DNA from: an uncultured virus (IMG/VR IMGVR_UViG_3300002835_000011)
Lineage: Duplodnaviria; Heunggongvirae; Uroviricota; Caudoviricetes
IMG/VR virus record: IMGVR_UViG_3300002835_000011
Reading direction: 5' to 3' (one strand)
DNA length: 64,000 nucleotides
Part shown: piece after piece, positions 9,599 to 19,104 of the stretch
How the letters are laid out: each line of letters begins with the position of its first letter
Numbering within the stretch: the first letter of the stretch is position 1
Notes under the pieces: model-generated
Told to the model about the DNA's origin: nothing
Database searches by the model: none
The model's input: only the letters and a program-made list of their open reading frames with translations
Program-made: the position numbers and the translations under genes

Positions 9599-9908
9599 TT
9601 CGTCTAAAATAGTTATTTCTAGTTAAATAGGAATGAAGATCATTGAGATTTTTACAAATTTCTTTGCTATTATCCCATGCTTTCATATCCTTTCTTGGAT
9701 TTCCCGAGATACCATCTTTTTCGTATAAATACCACCCCAACCAATCCATCCCCTCTTCTGTGAGTATTTGTTCAAATAAAATATTAATGGCCTTATCGTA
9801 CGGGTCGTGATAATCTAATATGTCTATCCCTATTTTATAGGCTTCCCTATTTTTATTAGACATAATGACTAAATTATCTATACATTCTTTGAAGTCCTTA
9901 AAATCCAT
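9582..9908 (-). CDS. Hypothetical phage protein
   Basis: Start moved to MDFKDF; G.DW..WY.YE motif. Confidence 0.6.
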   Translation of the reverse strand: MDFKDFKECIDNLVIMSNKNREAYKIGIDILDYHDPYDKAINILFEQILTEEGMDWLGWYLYEKDGISGNPRKDMKAWDNSKEICKNLNDLHSYLTRNNYFRRNAGNE

Positions 9909-9936
9909 ATTATTTTTACGAGTTATTATAGCAAAA

Positions 9937-9970
9937 GTTCCGGAACACAATGCTGTTTAACTAATATAAT
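9937..9970. promoter_or_regulatory. Divergent putative middle promoters: palindrome GTTCCGGAAC; GGAAC-N18-TATAAT on +
   Basis: Perfect 10-bp palindrome; 18-nt spacing on both strands. Confidence 0.6.
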
Positions 9971-9974
9971 TTTT

Positions 9975-10568
9975 ATGATATATTTTACTTCAGACACACA
10001 TTACGGACACAAGAACATAGTTAGGGGTGTTACTAGCTGGCCTGATGGAAATCAATGCAGGAATTTTAAAACCCTAGAGGAGCACAACGAGAAAATAGTT
10101 GATTCTATAAATTCTGTAGTTGGGCAGGAGGATACCCTTTATCACCTGGGAGATTGGAGCTTTGGTGGTGTGGAGAACATTTTCAAATTTAGAGAGAGAA
10201 TAATTTGTAATAATGTGCATCTTATATTGGGTAATCATGACGAGCACATTTACAAGAATAGAGATAATTGTCAAGAAATATTTCAGAGTGTCAATTCTTA
10301 TTTAGAAATAGAAATAGAGAAGAATTTTATTGTTCTTAGCCATTGGCCAATGAAAATATGGAACAAATACCATAAAGGATCTTGGCATTTGTACGGACAC
10401 TGTCACAACAATTTAAAAGATGATGAATGGTGGACAAAATCAAAACGCAGAAGAACAATGGATGTCGGTGTAGATACTAATGAATTTAGACCTTATTCAT
10501 TCGAAGATCTAAAAAGAACAATGGACAAGATAGTTGATTATCCAACGGATTTAGATCACCATAAATAA
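9975..10568 (+). CDS. Calcineurin-like phosphoesterase (phage type)
   Basis: FTSDTHYGH, HLGD, GNHD, GHCH and DVGVD motifs. Confidence 0.92.
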   Translation: MIYFTSDTHYGHKNIVRGVTSWPDGNQCRNFKTLEEHNEKIVDSINSVVGQEDTLYHLGDWSFGGVENIFKFRERIICNNVHLILGNHDEHIYKNRDNCQEIFQSVNSYLEIEIEKNFIVLSHWPMKIWNKYHKGSWHLYGHCHNNLKDDEWWTKSKRRRTMDVGVDTNEFRPYSFEDLKRTMDKIVDYPTDLDHHK

Positions 10569-11636
10569 TTAGACAACCGGGATATTTATAGAATTAGCCA
10601 ATAAAGCGGGATTCTTTTTCTCTATTCCCTCCCATATTTTTTCCGGAGTAGCTCCCTTATCCATAGTCATATTAAGTGACATATTACACCATTCGGATTT
10701 TACTGCATAATTTAAAGCCTGTATTTCCTTGGTTGATTCTATGATGTCTTTAGATAGTGCCTTATTTATGCTCTTTATAGCTTTGTTTATTAAGAAGGAG
10801 CAGCACTTTTCGTGTATTTTATCCTGATTTGAAAGATGGAATTTGAATAGGTCATCTATATAATTTATTGAGACCTGTCCATTGACCTTACCAAGTAATG
10901 AATCTCCTATTTCTCTATAAGTTTGGATCTTATTTGCTATTATTTCACTCTCGTGATTTGATTTTAAAGCTCCTATTAGGTCCGAATATATTTCTATAAT
11001 AGTATTGATTGCTTGTATCTGTATAGCTCCGTCAACGCCTCGTAAAGACAGTTTAACGTGATCGTCGTTAAACATTAAATTCTTATCTATTGCTGGAAGT
11101 TTTACTTCTGATAGATGTGATAGATTTTCAATAACCAAATTCATAGCTTCATCCGGGGTTCTTGTTGGTGTACAATCCCATATATGACTAGCAATGTGAG
11201 TTATCGGGGTTATTGCAAGGAACTTGTGAAAAAAAGCAGAATCTATTCGATATTGTCCTTTATAATCTAGACCGTTTACCGAATCCGTCCCTCCATTAAC
11301 TATTACAAATCCGGAACCAAAACTTCTAGGTATATTAAATCTACCAGATAGATCAGTTTTAGTAAAAACCTTATTACCGTTATTATAGTGAAAAGTTACA
11401 TCCGATGCAACTAATGCAGCATCTGAAACCACTCCATGTGATCCCCCTATATCGAGGCTACCTGCATAACCTCCTCCTTCATCGCCTTCATCATCTTCTT
11501 TAAAAGGGATCCTCCTCTTTTTTTCTAGAGATTCTCTCAATAATCTTTCCTTTTCTTTCTCCCTCTCCCAAAGCTTATGCTTTATTTTGATTTGCTCCTC
11601 AGTAAGGCCAATAAATTTTTCTCTGAAACTTTTCAT
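10569..11636 (-). CDS. Putative virion-associated protein
   Basis: MKSFREKF start, GATATATA at 11652-11659; beta-rich segment GVVSD..TD.SG.F..GGTD..ITPIT. Confidence 0.55.
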   Translation of the reverse strand: MKSFREKFIGLTEEQIKIKHKLWEREKEKERLLRESLEKKRRIPFKEDDEGDEGGGYAGSLDIGGSHGVVSDAALVASDVTFHYNNGNKVFTKTDLSGRFNIPRSFGSGFVIVNGGTDSVNGLDYKGQYRIDSAFFHKFLAITPITHIASHIWDCTPTRTPDEAMNLVIENLSHLSEVKLPAIDKNLMFNDDHVKLSLRGVDGAIQIQAINTIIEIYSDLIGALKSNHESEIIANKIQTYREIGDSLLGKVNGQVSINYIDDLFKFHLSNQDKIHEKCCSFLINKAIKSINKALSKDIIESTKEIQALNYAVKSEWCNMSLNMTMDKGATPEKIWEGIEKKNPALLANSINIPVV

Positions 11637-11666
11637 ATAATAACTTCAGATTATATATCCAAGTTA

Positions 11667-12683
11667 TTAATTACCAAATCCGATCCCCGGTTTTCTTTTA
11701 CCCCCTTTTATCTTTGGTCTTTCTGATAGTGCATCCAATGCGGATAGGCATTCATCCAATTCTTTACCCATTACTACAACTGATATCACCATTTCTTTTA
11801 GGTGTGATAATGACATATTATCAGAAGCATCTAACCATTCCTCTATATTTATACCCTTTAGATCTTCATCGCTTAATTTATTTTTAATATAAGCTTCCCT
11901 AATCTCTCTAGATGGCATTTGTACCTCATATCTTCTATCAAATCTCGATGGTCTATTAGTTATTCTTTCTTGTAACTTATCTGGATAATTTGTTGTTGCC
12001 AGATAAACCACATTCTCTATTTGCTTAACACCATCTAATATATTTAATAGCTTAGTAGTCGAGTATCTGTCCTCGCCAGCTAATGAATCGATATCTTCCA
12101 AAATAACAATAAGAGGTCTTTCGGGTTCGATATTTCTTATAGTAGGAACGAACTCTATGAAGGCTTTAAAATCCTCATCTTCTTTTATGTTTATCACTAT
12201 TCCATTTTCTTCCTCTATTAGATTTTTAACACAGAGTTGGATAATACCCGATTTACCACACCCAGGATCTCCATAAAGAAGTATACCTCTTTTGTGTACA
12301 AAATTATAGTCCCGATAAACATCCCTTTTTTTCCAAAACAATCTAATATCGTTGAGTATGCTTTCGATCTCAGGAGAAGGGAGCTCGTACAGTTCATCTA
12401 TATTGAGCGCTTGTTTTGATAAAACCCACGTCTGTAAACTAGAATTCCATTTCATTTCATATAATCCACTAGGAACTCTCGAAACCGACGAATACGATGC
12501 TGCAAATTCATCATTCTGTAAAACCGACCACTGTGTGTGCTTATTAGTACCGATCGGGTTCATATCATCGTCTTCTGACATGTCAATGTATTCGTTTCTC
12601 CTTCTTTTCATCATCTTATTTGATATTTTAATTATATTGTTTATTCTATCCCTTATCTCGGATTCTGTTTTCACTTTTGTCAT
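11667..12683 (-). CDS. AAA+ ATPase
   Basis: Walker A GDPGCGKS, Walker B VILEDID, ATTN and RPSRFDR. Confidence 0.93.
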   Translation of the reverse strand: MTKVKTESEIRDRINNIIKISNKMMKRRRNEYIDMSEDDDMNPIGTNKHTQWSVLQNDEFAASYSSVSRVPSGLYEMKWNSSLQTWVLSKQALNIDELYELPSPEIESILNDIRLFWKKRDVYRDYNFVHKRGILLYGDPGCGKSGIIQLCVKNLIEEENGIVINIKEDEDFKAFIEFVPTIRNIEPERPLIVILEDIDSLAGEDRYSTTKLLNILDGVKQIENVVYLATTNYPDKLQERITNRPSRFDRRYEVQMPSREIREAYIKNKLSDEDLKGINIEEWLDASDNMSLSHLKEMVISVVVMGKELDECLSALDALSERPKIKGGKRKPGIGFGN

Positions 12684-13172
12684 CTAAATCGCTGTAAATT
12701 TTTTCAAGAAGTTCCTTATAGAAAATACTTTATCACTATCTTCGCCAAACTTTGATAGCCAATGTTTATACGGGATATCAAATGGGGTTTTTCCATCATC
12801 TGACCATGGACCTTCATAGTCAGGATATTTTTTAAAATTCCATACCCTCTCATCAACTAAAAAAACAATAGCTGTTAATTGATCGCCTAAATTTTTGTCG
12901 CAGTAGGTTGAATTTTTTATACCAATCCTATTTATTTCCTCTAGGTGCCTATTTATACTACCAATATATTTTCCATCAAACCTACGAAAATTTGTTGTTC
13001 CTCCATCCAATAAAATAGTTCCCATATCTCTTTCGGACCAATTAATAAAAAAATCCGATCCCCCGTGCTCTAAACAATATTTTATTGCGCACTTGGAAAA
13101 ATTAACTCCTTTTTGTGTGGAATTAATATTATTAGCTACTATTCCATACATTCTATATTCAAGACTTTTCAA
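12684..13172 (-). CDS. Hypothetical protein, possibly a divergent Pth2-like (peptidyl-tRNA hydrolase II) fold
   Basis: RMYGIV, TILLDGG and LGDQLTAIVF pattern; catalytic motif not clear. Confidence 0.4.
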   Translation of the reverse strand: MKSLEYRMYGIVANNINSTQKGVNFSKCAIKYCLEHGGSDFFINWSERDMGTILLDGGTTNFRRFDGKYIGSINRHLEEINRIGIKNSTYCDKNLGDQLTAIVFLVDERVWNFKKYPDYEGPWSDDGKTPFDIPYKHWLSKFGEDSDKVFSIRNFLKKFTAI

Positions 13173-13199
13173 TTGGTAGTAGTTTAAGGTTACTAAATA

Positions 13200-14222
13200 T
13201 TATTTTTCATTAAGAAGAAATTTATTGCTTATCACTTTAAATGATACCTTCCTGTCCATACTTCTAATAACTAATCCTTCACGGTCGAAATTTGGATTAT
13301 GGTAAGATTTTCCGTCAGAATACAATAGTAATTCTTCTATAGTATCCGGAAGTTTAAAATTAGTTTCTATTTTAGGAACTGTATCTAGGGATAATCCATG
13401 AATAGTGTTTACAAATTCTGTTAGATCTACATATTCGTGTTTGTCTATATTAAACACATTAAAGAAGAATACCTTCTGTCCCTTAATCTTATAAGGATTT
13501 CCTTGTATACCCTCTCCTACTAATTCGCCCTGAAAAGAAACGTTATATCCGAGAGATCTCATTTTATTCTCTAGATCAAGCTCCCTAGCGACTTTCCAAA
13601 AAGTGTTACCCTCGGTCTCTAATAATTCTAGATTCCTAGAGCAAACTCCAAATACACCGTCTTTATAATAGTAAGTTGCAGAACTCCCATCAAGCTTTTC
13701 AGTAACATAAAAATCTATATCAGATCCTTTCCATTCCTCAAATTCTTTTGTTAGATTCTGAATTCTTTCCTCGTCGGTCTTTGGAATAAATGAAGGAAAA
13801 TTACCTTTGACTTTTCCTGCTAATTCAGCAGGAATAGGAGGTTCATATTTGATGATTCCTAAAATATCGCCCACTTCTAATCCTTCGTATACATCGTCAG
13901 AAGATATACCATACTTTAAAAGAACATCTATCGGGATTATTAATCCCTGCGATACCTGGCCTCTAAGTTTAATGGTTCTCAATCTAAATCCTTCAGTTCC
14001 ATCTGACATCTTTTTATAAGATGACTTTCTAAGAAATTCAAATTCTTCTTTTATTGGAAGAAATGAATCTATCTCACAGTAGATAACATAATCACCAATT
14101 TGGTGTCCTACGTTTTTAGCAACAACAACTTTCCATCCGTTGATTATTGCTAATTCGATTGCATCCGCTCCTTCGATAGGATGGATTTCTTTAATTTTCT
14201 GAATTGTTGCTAACTTTCTCAT
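13200..14222 (-). CDS. RNA ligase (Rnl2-like, DRB0094 type)
   Basis: N-terminal OB-like module (LRGQVSQG), KTDEERIQN, motif I TEKLDGSS, QGELVG, REGLV, FKVIS. Confidence 0.92.
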   Translation of the reverse strand: MRKLATIQKIKEIHPIEGADAIELAIINGWKVVVAKNVGHQIGDYVIYCEIDSFLPIKEEFEFLRKSSYKKMSDGTEGFRLRTIKLRGQVSQGLIIPIDVLLKYGISSDDVYEGLEVGDILGIIKYEPPIPAELAGKVKGNFPSFIPKTDEERIQNLTKEFEEWKGSDIDFYVTEKLDGSSATYYYKDGVFGVCSRNLELLETEGNTFWKVARELDLENKMRSLGYNVSFQGELVGEGIQGNPYKIKGQKVFFFNVFNIDKHEYVDLTEFVNTIHGLSLDTVPKIETNFKLPDTIEELLLYSDGKSYHNPNFDREGLVIRSMDRKVSFKVISNKFLLNEK

Positions 14223-14442
14223 TTTTGTTTTCTAAATAAGCATCTCTTAATATTTCATCCAGTGATGGTTTATTACTTTTTATATAAAATTCCCTATTAG
14301 GATCATCTAAATCAAGAGACTCCTTAACAATAGCAGAATATACCCATTTGGCTAGCATCTCAGTAGGGCATTGACAAACCATCTCGTCTCTTGTGATATT
14401 TCCTGTATCCGGATCTATATCCCTGTATCTAATTTCCAACAT
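14191..14442 (-). CDS. Hypothetical protein
   Basis: Start moved to MLEIRY. Confidence 0.55.
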   Translation of the reverse strand: MLEIRYRDIDPDTGNITRDEMVCQCPTEMLAKWVYSAIVKESLDLDDPNREFYIKSNKPSLDEILRDAYLENKNEKVSNNSEN

Positions 14443-14446
14443 ATCT

Positions 14447-14971
14447 TTATAATTGTTCTGTATTATCCTGGCTCTTAATCTGCTTTTCAATATAATCAGC
14501 AATAATAATTATCGCTTCGTCTTGTATCCACCAATGCTCCTTACCATTTATAGTAACAGAAAAGTCACCATCAGTTGGATCTAATATGACTTCATCGATA
14601 GTTTTTACTGGATTCTGATTTCTTTTCTTCTGCTTATCAAATTTAAGAAATATGTCGGTTGAGTAATCCTTCTTCCTAATTCTTTCCTTGTAAGAATAAT
14701 AGTAAGTGGCTTCACCAGTAGGTCCATGTACAACAACCACCTCCAGATTTGACCAGTCTTTTACCTTGGTCCAGTTATTTAAAATGTAGGTTTTAGCTAT
14801 GTTAGCTATGTGACCCATAGCAGCTATGTGTGACTCGTATTCTTTTTTAAAATCCTTATCAACATAAAATACTGATTCCTTATATCCCTTTTCAAACTCC
14901 TCCTCTGACATAAAACACGGCGTAAAAATATCACCGTAAATCAATTGTGGGTATTTACTTCTCTTGGCCAT
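14447..14971 (-). CDS. Hypothetical protein
   Basis: Start moved to MAKRSK. Confidence 0.6.
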   Translation of the reverse strand: MAKRSKYPQLIYGDIFTPCFMSEEEFEKGYKESVFYVDKDFKKEYESHIAAMGHIANIAKTYILNNWTKVKDWSNLEVVVVHGPTGEATYYYSYKERIRKKDYSTDIFLKFDKQKKRNQNPVKTIDEVILDPTDGDFSVTINGKEHWWIQDEAIIIIADYIEKQIKSQDNTEQL

Positions 14972-15329
14972 TTTCCTCTCTAATTTTATCGATATTATCA
15001 AAGTATAAATCCGCGTTATCGTGCCAGACATCGACTATTGGATAATCTACTACTTTAGAAACTCCCTCTATTTTCTTAACTCCTTCCACTACGAAATCCC
15101 TATCTTCCTCCTTTTTTATCCCCTCTACAAAGAATGAATATTTATCCCGGTCACCCCCGCCGGAAAGATAGATTCCTTTAGAAATTATTAAATCAAGAAC
15201 TAAATCTATAATAAGCCCATTTGGATCGGATTCGCAATAAACATCCATGCAAAATCCATAAACCCTAAATTCCCCCAATCTTTTTTTCTTCCTTACTTTT
15301 CTACTGAATTTGCTTCTCTTAAATTCCAT
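14955..15329 (-). CDS. yggL: YggL (DUF469)-like 50S ribosome-binding protein
   Basis: SRKVRKKKRLGEF..GF N-terminus, GGG, and VDVW near the C-terminus. Confidence 0.65.
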   Translation of the reverse strand: MEFKRSKFSRKVRKKKRLGEFRVYGFCMDVYCESDPNGLIIDLVLDLIISKGIYLSGGGDRDKYSFFVEGIKKEEDRDFVVEGVKKIEGVSKVVDYPIVDVWHDNADLYFDNIDKIREENGQEK

Positions 15330-15408
15330 AAATGTCATAGATGTCGCAAACATAGAAATTTCAGATGTCAAAAAAAAAGAATTCACACACAAATAGGATA
15401 AATACTAT

Positions 15409-15993
15409 ATGAAATTACCCAAGAAATATTTGTCGACCAATCCCAATGTAATGAAAAGGGAGGTAAGAAAGCATGCTAATAAGAGAGACGATGATGATTC
15501 TGCTTATGGGCCATGGGATGCTGATTACAAATCGCGCAAAGCGGGCGTGGGTAAACCGGTTAAAACCAAAACTAGCAAATACACCAAAAAATACAAACAG
15601 ATGTTTGGCGAGAATCTAATAACAGATCCTTACGAATACATGAAGATCATGGAGGAATTAGAAAACGAATTTATAGAATTTCTTGACACATTATCGGAGG
15701 CATCTTTATATGAACTAGAAGGATTCTTAAATGAGGGAGTGACCTCTCCATCAAGTCCGGTCAGAAAGGCTTTAAAAAATAAATCAGATAAAACAGGATT
15801 CCCGCAAGGTATACTTACACAGGTTTGGAAAAGAGGATATGCAGCATGGAAAACTGGACATATTCCTGGGACGACCCCACAGCAATGGGCTATGGCAAGA
15901 GTAAATTCTTTTGTTACTGGAGGGAAAACAACAAAAATGCACGACAAGAAGCTTTATCAACAAGCAAAAGCAAACAGGAAAAAGAAAAGATAA
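15409..15993 (+). CDS. Conserved basic viral protein
   Basis: VWKRGYAAWKTGH.PG.TPQQWAMARVNSF; GATAAATA box upstream; internal LNE. Confidence 0.7.
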   Translation: MKLPKKYLSTNPNVMKREVRKHANKRDDDDSAYGPWDADYKSRKAGVGKPVKTKTSKYTKKYKQMFGENLITDPYEYMKIMEELENEFIEFLDTLSEASLYELEGFLNEGVTSPSSPVRKALKNKSDKTGFPQGILTQVWKRGYAAWKTGHIPGTTPQQWAMARVNSFVTGGKTTKMHDKKLYQQAKANRKKKR

Positions 15994-16021
15994 ATCATTT
16001 TTTATATCCCGTTATTTTTTC

Positions 16022-16029
16022 TAACTTTG
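16022..16029 (+). promoter_or_regulatory. Bacteroidetes-type -7 promoter element TAACTTTG
   Basis: Matches TAnnTTTG, 14 nt before an ATG. Confidence 0.6.
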
Positions 16030-16043
16030 CATAAATTGTTTTT

Positions 16044-16589
16044 ATGTCAGGTGAAGAAAAATTACTCCAAGAAAAAATAAAACATCTAGAAGAGACCATA
16101 AAGAATATGGAAAAAGATATTGTGGATCTCGAGAATAAAAACTCAGAACTAGAAGACGAGAACTATAATTTAATTAGGGATGTTACCGAAGCTAATGAAA
16201 GAATATCTGTTCTGGAGTGCGATTTTGACAATATGAAAGATTCTAGAGATGAACTCAAGTATGATTTTGATACCATTAAGGACAAATTAGATGAATTAGA
16301 GGGAATTAACGGGGATCTTGAAAATAAGCTAGAAATTTTGGAATGCTTTGTGGACTGGAGACAGATCATACCAAATCGAGAGGATTCAAGGGGACAAGAA
16401 ATTTACGATCATATGTGTGATCTTTTAGAATCATTTGTTGAATACCCAGTAGATATGGCCAGATTATATAGGAATAATCCTAAGAGTGTATTGGATAAAG
16501 TTATAGAAGCAAAATTAATGGACACATTAAAAGGCGACGGAGCGGCTTTGTTAAATCTATTAAAAATAGGATCCAGTGGATCTATTTAA
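16044..16589 (+). CDS. Coiled-coil protein
   Basis: Heptad pattern over about 100 aa. Confidence 0.65.
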   Translation: MSGEEKLLQEKIKHLEETIKNMEKDIVDLENKNSELEDENYNLIRDVTEANERISVLECDFDNMKDSRDELKYDFDTIKDKLDELEGINGDLENKLEILECFVDWRQIIPNREDSRGQEIYDHMCDLLESFVEYPVDMARLYRNNPKSVLDKVIEAKLMDTLKGDGAALLNLLKIGSSGSI

Positions 16590-16911
16590 AAAAAGGGTTA
16601 TCTGATAACGACTCTATTATTTCTTCGGCTTCTTTACAATAATTATTAAAGCTGAAAACTTGTTCATTAGAAAGATAAAAAAATTCATTCCGCGATAGTG
16701 TTCTTAGTGATCCGAATCTGCGGTGTAATATTTTCTCTATTTTTTTGTAATGCCTACTCTTATAAAGTTTAAGTATGTCTAACTCGTTCGAATTTCCAGT
16801 TCTTAGCTTTTTAAGCCTTTGTTCCGGATTATTTTTAGTTACACCTATCTTATACTTTTCTTCTCCGTTTTGGTCACCTTCAACAATCAAATAAACATAT
16901 CCTTCAGACAT
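16582..16911 (-). CDS. GIY-YIG / T5orf172-domain protein
   Basis: GYVYLI, YKIGVT, RLKKL.TGN, IE..LH and NEFF. Confidence 0.85.
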   Translation of the reverse strand: MSEGYVYLIVEGDQNGEEKYKIGVTKNNPEQRLKKLRTGNSNELDILKLYKSRHYKKIEKILHRRFGSLRTLSRNEFFYLSNEQVFSFNNYCKEAEEIIESLSDNPFFK

Positions 16912-16920
16912 ATCATATTT

Positions 16921-16954
16921 ATCTTTATTTTTAGAAGATCTTTATTTTTAGAAG
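16921..16954. repeat. 17-bp perfect tandem duplication
   Basis: ATCTTTATTTTTAGAAG x2 in a divergent intergenic region. Confidence 0.9.
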
Positions 16955-16956
16955 AA

Positions 16957-16985
16957 GAAACTTAAACCAACGTTTTTAATATAAT
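16957..16985 (+). promoter_or_regulatory. Putative middle promoter GAAAC-N18-TATAAT
   Basis: Same spacing as other copies; 5 nt before the ATG. Confidence 0.6.
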
Positions 16986-16990
16986 TTTTT

Positions 16991-17461
16991 ATGAAAGAGA
17001 AGAAAATAAAGCCGTTGAGTTCATGGGAATGGGACCTAACCTGGTCTTCCCTTAGATACTTTTGTGGAAGATACACTATAGCTTCTGCCATGTATCCAGC
17101 AGATTTGGTTAATAATTTCGGAGAAAGACTCTCAGAGGATCAGAAAAAACAATTGTCGCAAGAAATACAAAGACAGATCGAGGATGCAATAAGATTGGAT
17201 GACAATAAGTGGTTAACTACCGATATGGAAAATTGGAGTGCACTGAGGAACTATTTTGATAAATCAACTTGGAAAGAACTTGATTGTGACGGAGATGATA
17301 TAGAAAAATTAACTATTATTGCATTCCCTTGTGAATATAAAGATAAAGACACAATGGTTAGTAAATGGATCCCCGTGGACAAGTATGAAAAATCAGGATC
17401 AACGAAAACAATGGTAAACGAAAATTACATAAAACAAATAAATCAATATGAACCTAAATGA
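16991..17461 (+). CDS. Hypothetical protein
   Basis: 156-aa ORF. Confidence 0.6.
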   Translation: MKEKKIKPLSSWEWDLTWSSLRYFCGRYTIASAMYPADLVNNFGERLSEDQKKQLSQEIQRQIEDAIRLDDNKWLTTDMENWSALRNYFDKSTWKELDCDGDDIEKLTIIAFPCEYKDKDTMVSKWIPVDKYEKSGSTKTMVNENYIKQINQYEPK

Positions 17462-17723
17462 AATGAAGCTAACTGCTATGTTAGCAGAGAAATTTAACTC
17501 AATGGATTCCGAATCAATAGAAAAGGAATGGAAAGATATTGAAAGCCAAGGAGAAGACATCTCACCACAAAAAGTAGAAGATGTTTTAAAAAGAACCCCT
17601 GGATTTACTGCTACAGATCTTATAAATTTTGGCGAGTATTGCAGAAAGGGATTCACTGATTACGAATGGGACGAACTCACTATAGATGAGCACTTGACAA
17701 ATTGGCTCATGAAAATAAAATAG
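17448..17723 (+). CDS. Hypothetical protein
   Basis: 91-aa coupled ORF. Confidence 0.55.
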   Translation: MNLNEMKLTAMLAEKFNSMDSESIEKEWKDIESQGEDISPQKVEDVLKRTPGFTATDLINFGEYCRKGFTDYEWDELTIDEHLTNWLMKIK

Positions 17724-17980
17724 AATTGTCCGAAGAATATTCTCCATACTGTAAAATATGTGACTCCTGTGGAGAGGATGGGTGTTGCTCTGCTGTTTCT
17801 TGCCAGCAGCATCCTGAAGGAGATTATTGTAAAACATATCTAAGGGATCTTAAATTTGGCTATATTATGTACAAGGAATTATTTAATATGGTCAGTGAAG
17901 ATCCTAAGTATAAGGATCAGGTCGATAAAATATGGGACGAAACGTACGATAGAATTTATAGAAATGATAAGGAGGATTAA
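17702..17980 (+). CDS. Cys-rich hypothetical protein
   Basis: YC..C..CGEDGCC...C motif. Confidence 0.6.
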   Translation: MAHENKIELSEEYSPYCKICDSCGEDGCCSAVSCQQHPEGDYCKTYLRDLKFGYIMYKELFNMVSEDPKYKDQVDKIWDETYDRIYRNDKED

Positions 17981-18494
17981 AATAATATATGATTTTTTTC
18001 GCTTGTGGATAATGTGGGGCGACAGAAAAGAAGCTTGGGAGGATGCTAAAACCAAGAACGATCCCGAATTTCAAGAAGAAATGAATCAATTAGACAAATC
18101 CCTCGAGAATAATTTAGCATTAATGGATAATCTAGAAATATTTACAAAAGAGTTTAACGATCTAAAAGGGCAATTTGTTATTTGTAGCGACAGAGTATAT
18201 CGTTTTATAGGAATAGGTGACGACGATAATGATTATTACTATGCTCTTTACGATGGAAGAAAAATTACTCTCCATTCTTGTGTTGGGAGAATAACCCCTC
18301 TCAAGGGCTACATTCTACAGAAGGATTACGACGAAATGATCCGTCTGGCTAAACTTAATCACTTTGATCAATCAACTTTGTGGGGTAATAGCCAGCCAGA
18401 AGAAGCAGCAGAATTCAGTAGAAAACATAAAGAAGAGATAACAGATTGGAAGGATGCCAGATTTATTCTTGGACCTTACTGGGATTTAAATTAA
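17964..18494 (+). CDS. Hypothetical protein
   Basis: Start moved to MIRRIK. Confidence 0.6.
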   Translation: MIRRIKIIYDFFRLWIMWGDRKEAWEDAKTKNDPEFQEEMNQLDKSLENNLALMDNLEIFTKEFNDLKGQFVICSDRVYRFIGIGDDDNDYYYALYDGRKITLHSCVGRITPLKGYILQKDYDEMIRLAKLNHFDQSTLWGNSQPEEAAEFSRKHKEEITDWKDARFILGPYWDLN

Positions 18495-18521
18495 AAGTAA
18501 AAATATCAAATAAATCATATT

Positions 18522-18887
18522 ATGAAAAAAATAGCAATTATAATCCTTCTAAATTCTATCCTACTCTCTTGTGGTGAAACCCCAGAGGGTAAAGAAGCTC
18601 CAGATTCCAAAAAAATGAAGCTTGATAGTACCTCCATTTATGTAAACCAAAATTACAAAATTTACACACTCGAGGGTTGTGAGTATGTTGTTGTTGGATA
18701 TGGAAACACCAGATGGGGTTCACACAAAGGAAACTGTAAAAACCACCTTACTAATTGTACGGACAGTATTAAGATTCTAAAAGAGGAAATCGTTCTTCTA
18801 AAAAAATACGTTAAGGACCTAGAGGAAGAAAATAAAATAATGGGATCTGAACTAGGATGGAAAGAATTTAATAAAAAATATGAGTAA
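18522..18887 (+). CDS. Putative lipoprotein
   Basis: MKK + hydrophobic + LLSC; EGCEY and HKGNC.N motifs. Confidence 0.65.
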   Translation: MKKIAIIILLNSILLSCGETPEGKEAPDSKKMKLDSTSIYVNQNYKIYTLEGCEYVVVGYGNTRWGSHKGNCKNHLTNCTDSIKILKEEIVLLKKYVKDLEEENKIMGSELGWKEFNKKYE

Positions 18888-19074
18888 GGAAAGACTAACA
18901 TTAGCTCAGGCTATAGAAAAATATCATAAGCCATAATCAGCTCCATTTGAGAGAGTTCACAAGATTTTTGATATAATGATTGACAAAAAATTATACCCTG
19001 TATATTCAGTTCCTGGTTACGAACACCGCTTAGGGAAAGATAACGGGTGTCCAGATACATGGTGGCTGGATTAA
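18880..19074 (+). pseudogene. Interrupted ORF remnant
   Basis: MSKERLTLAQAIEKYHKP*SAPFERVHK...CPDTWWLD* with in-frame TAA at 18934-18936. Confidence 0.5.
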
Positions 19075-19104
19075 AGGTTTGGATTAATCGATATATAGTC
19101 TTAT

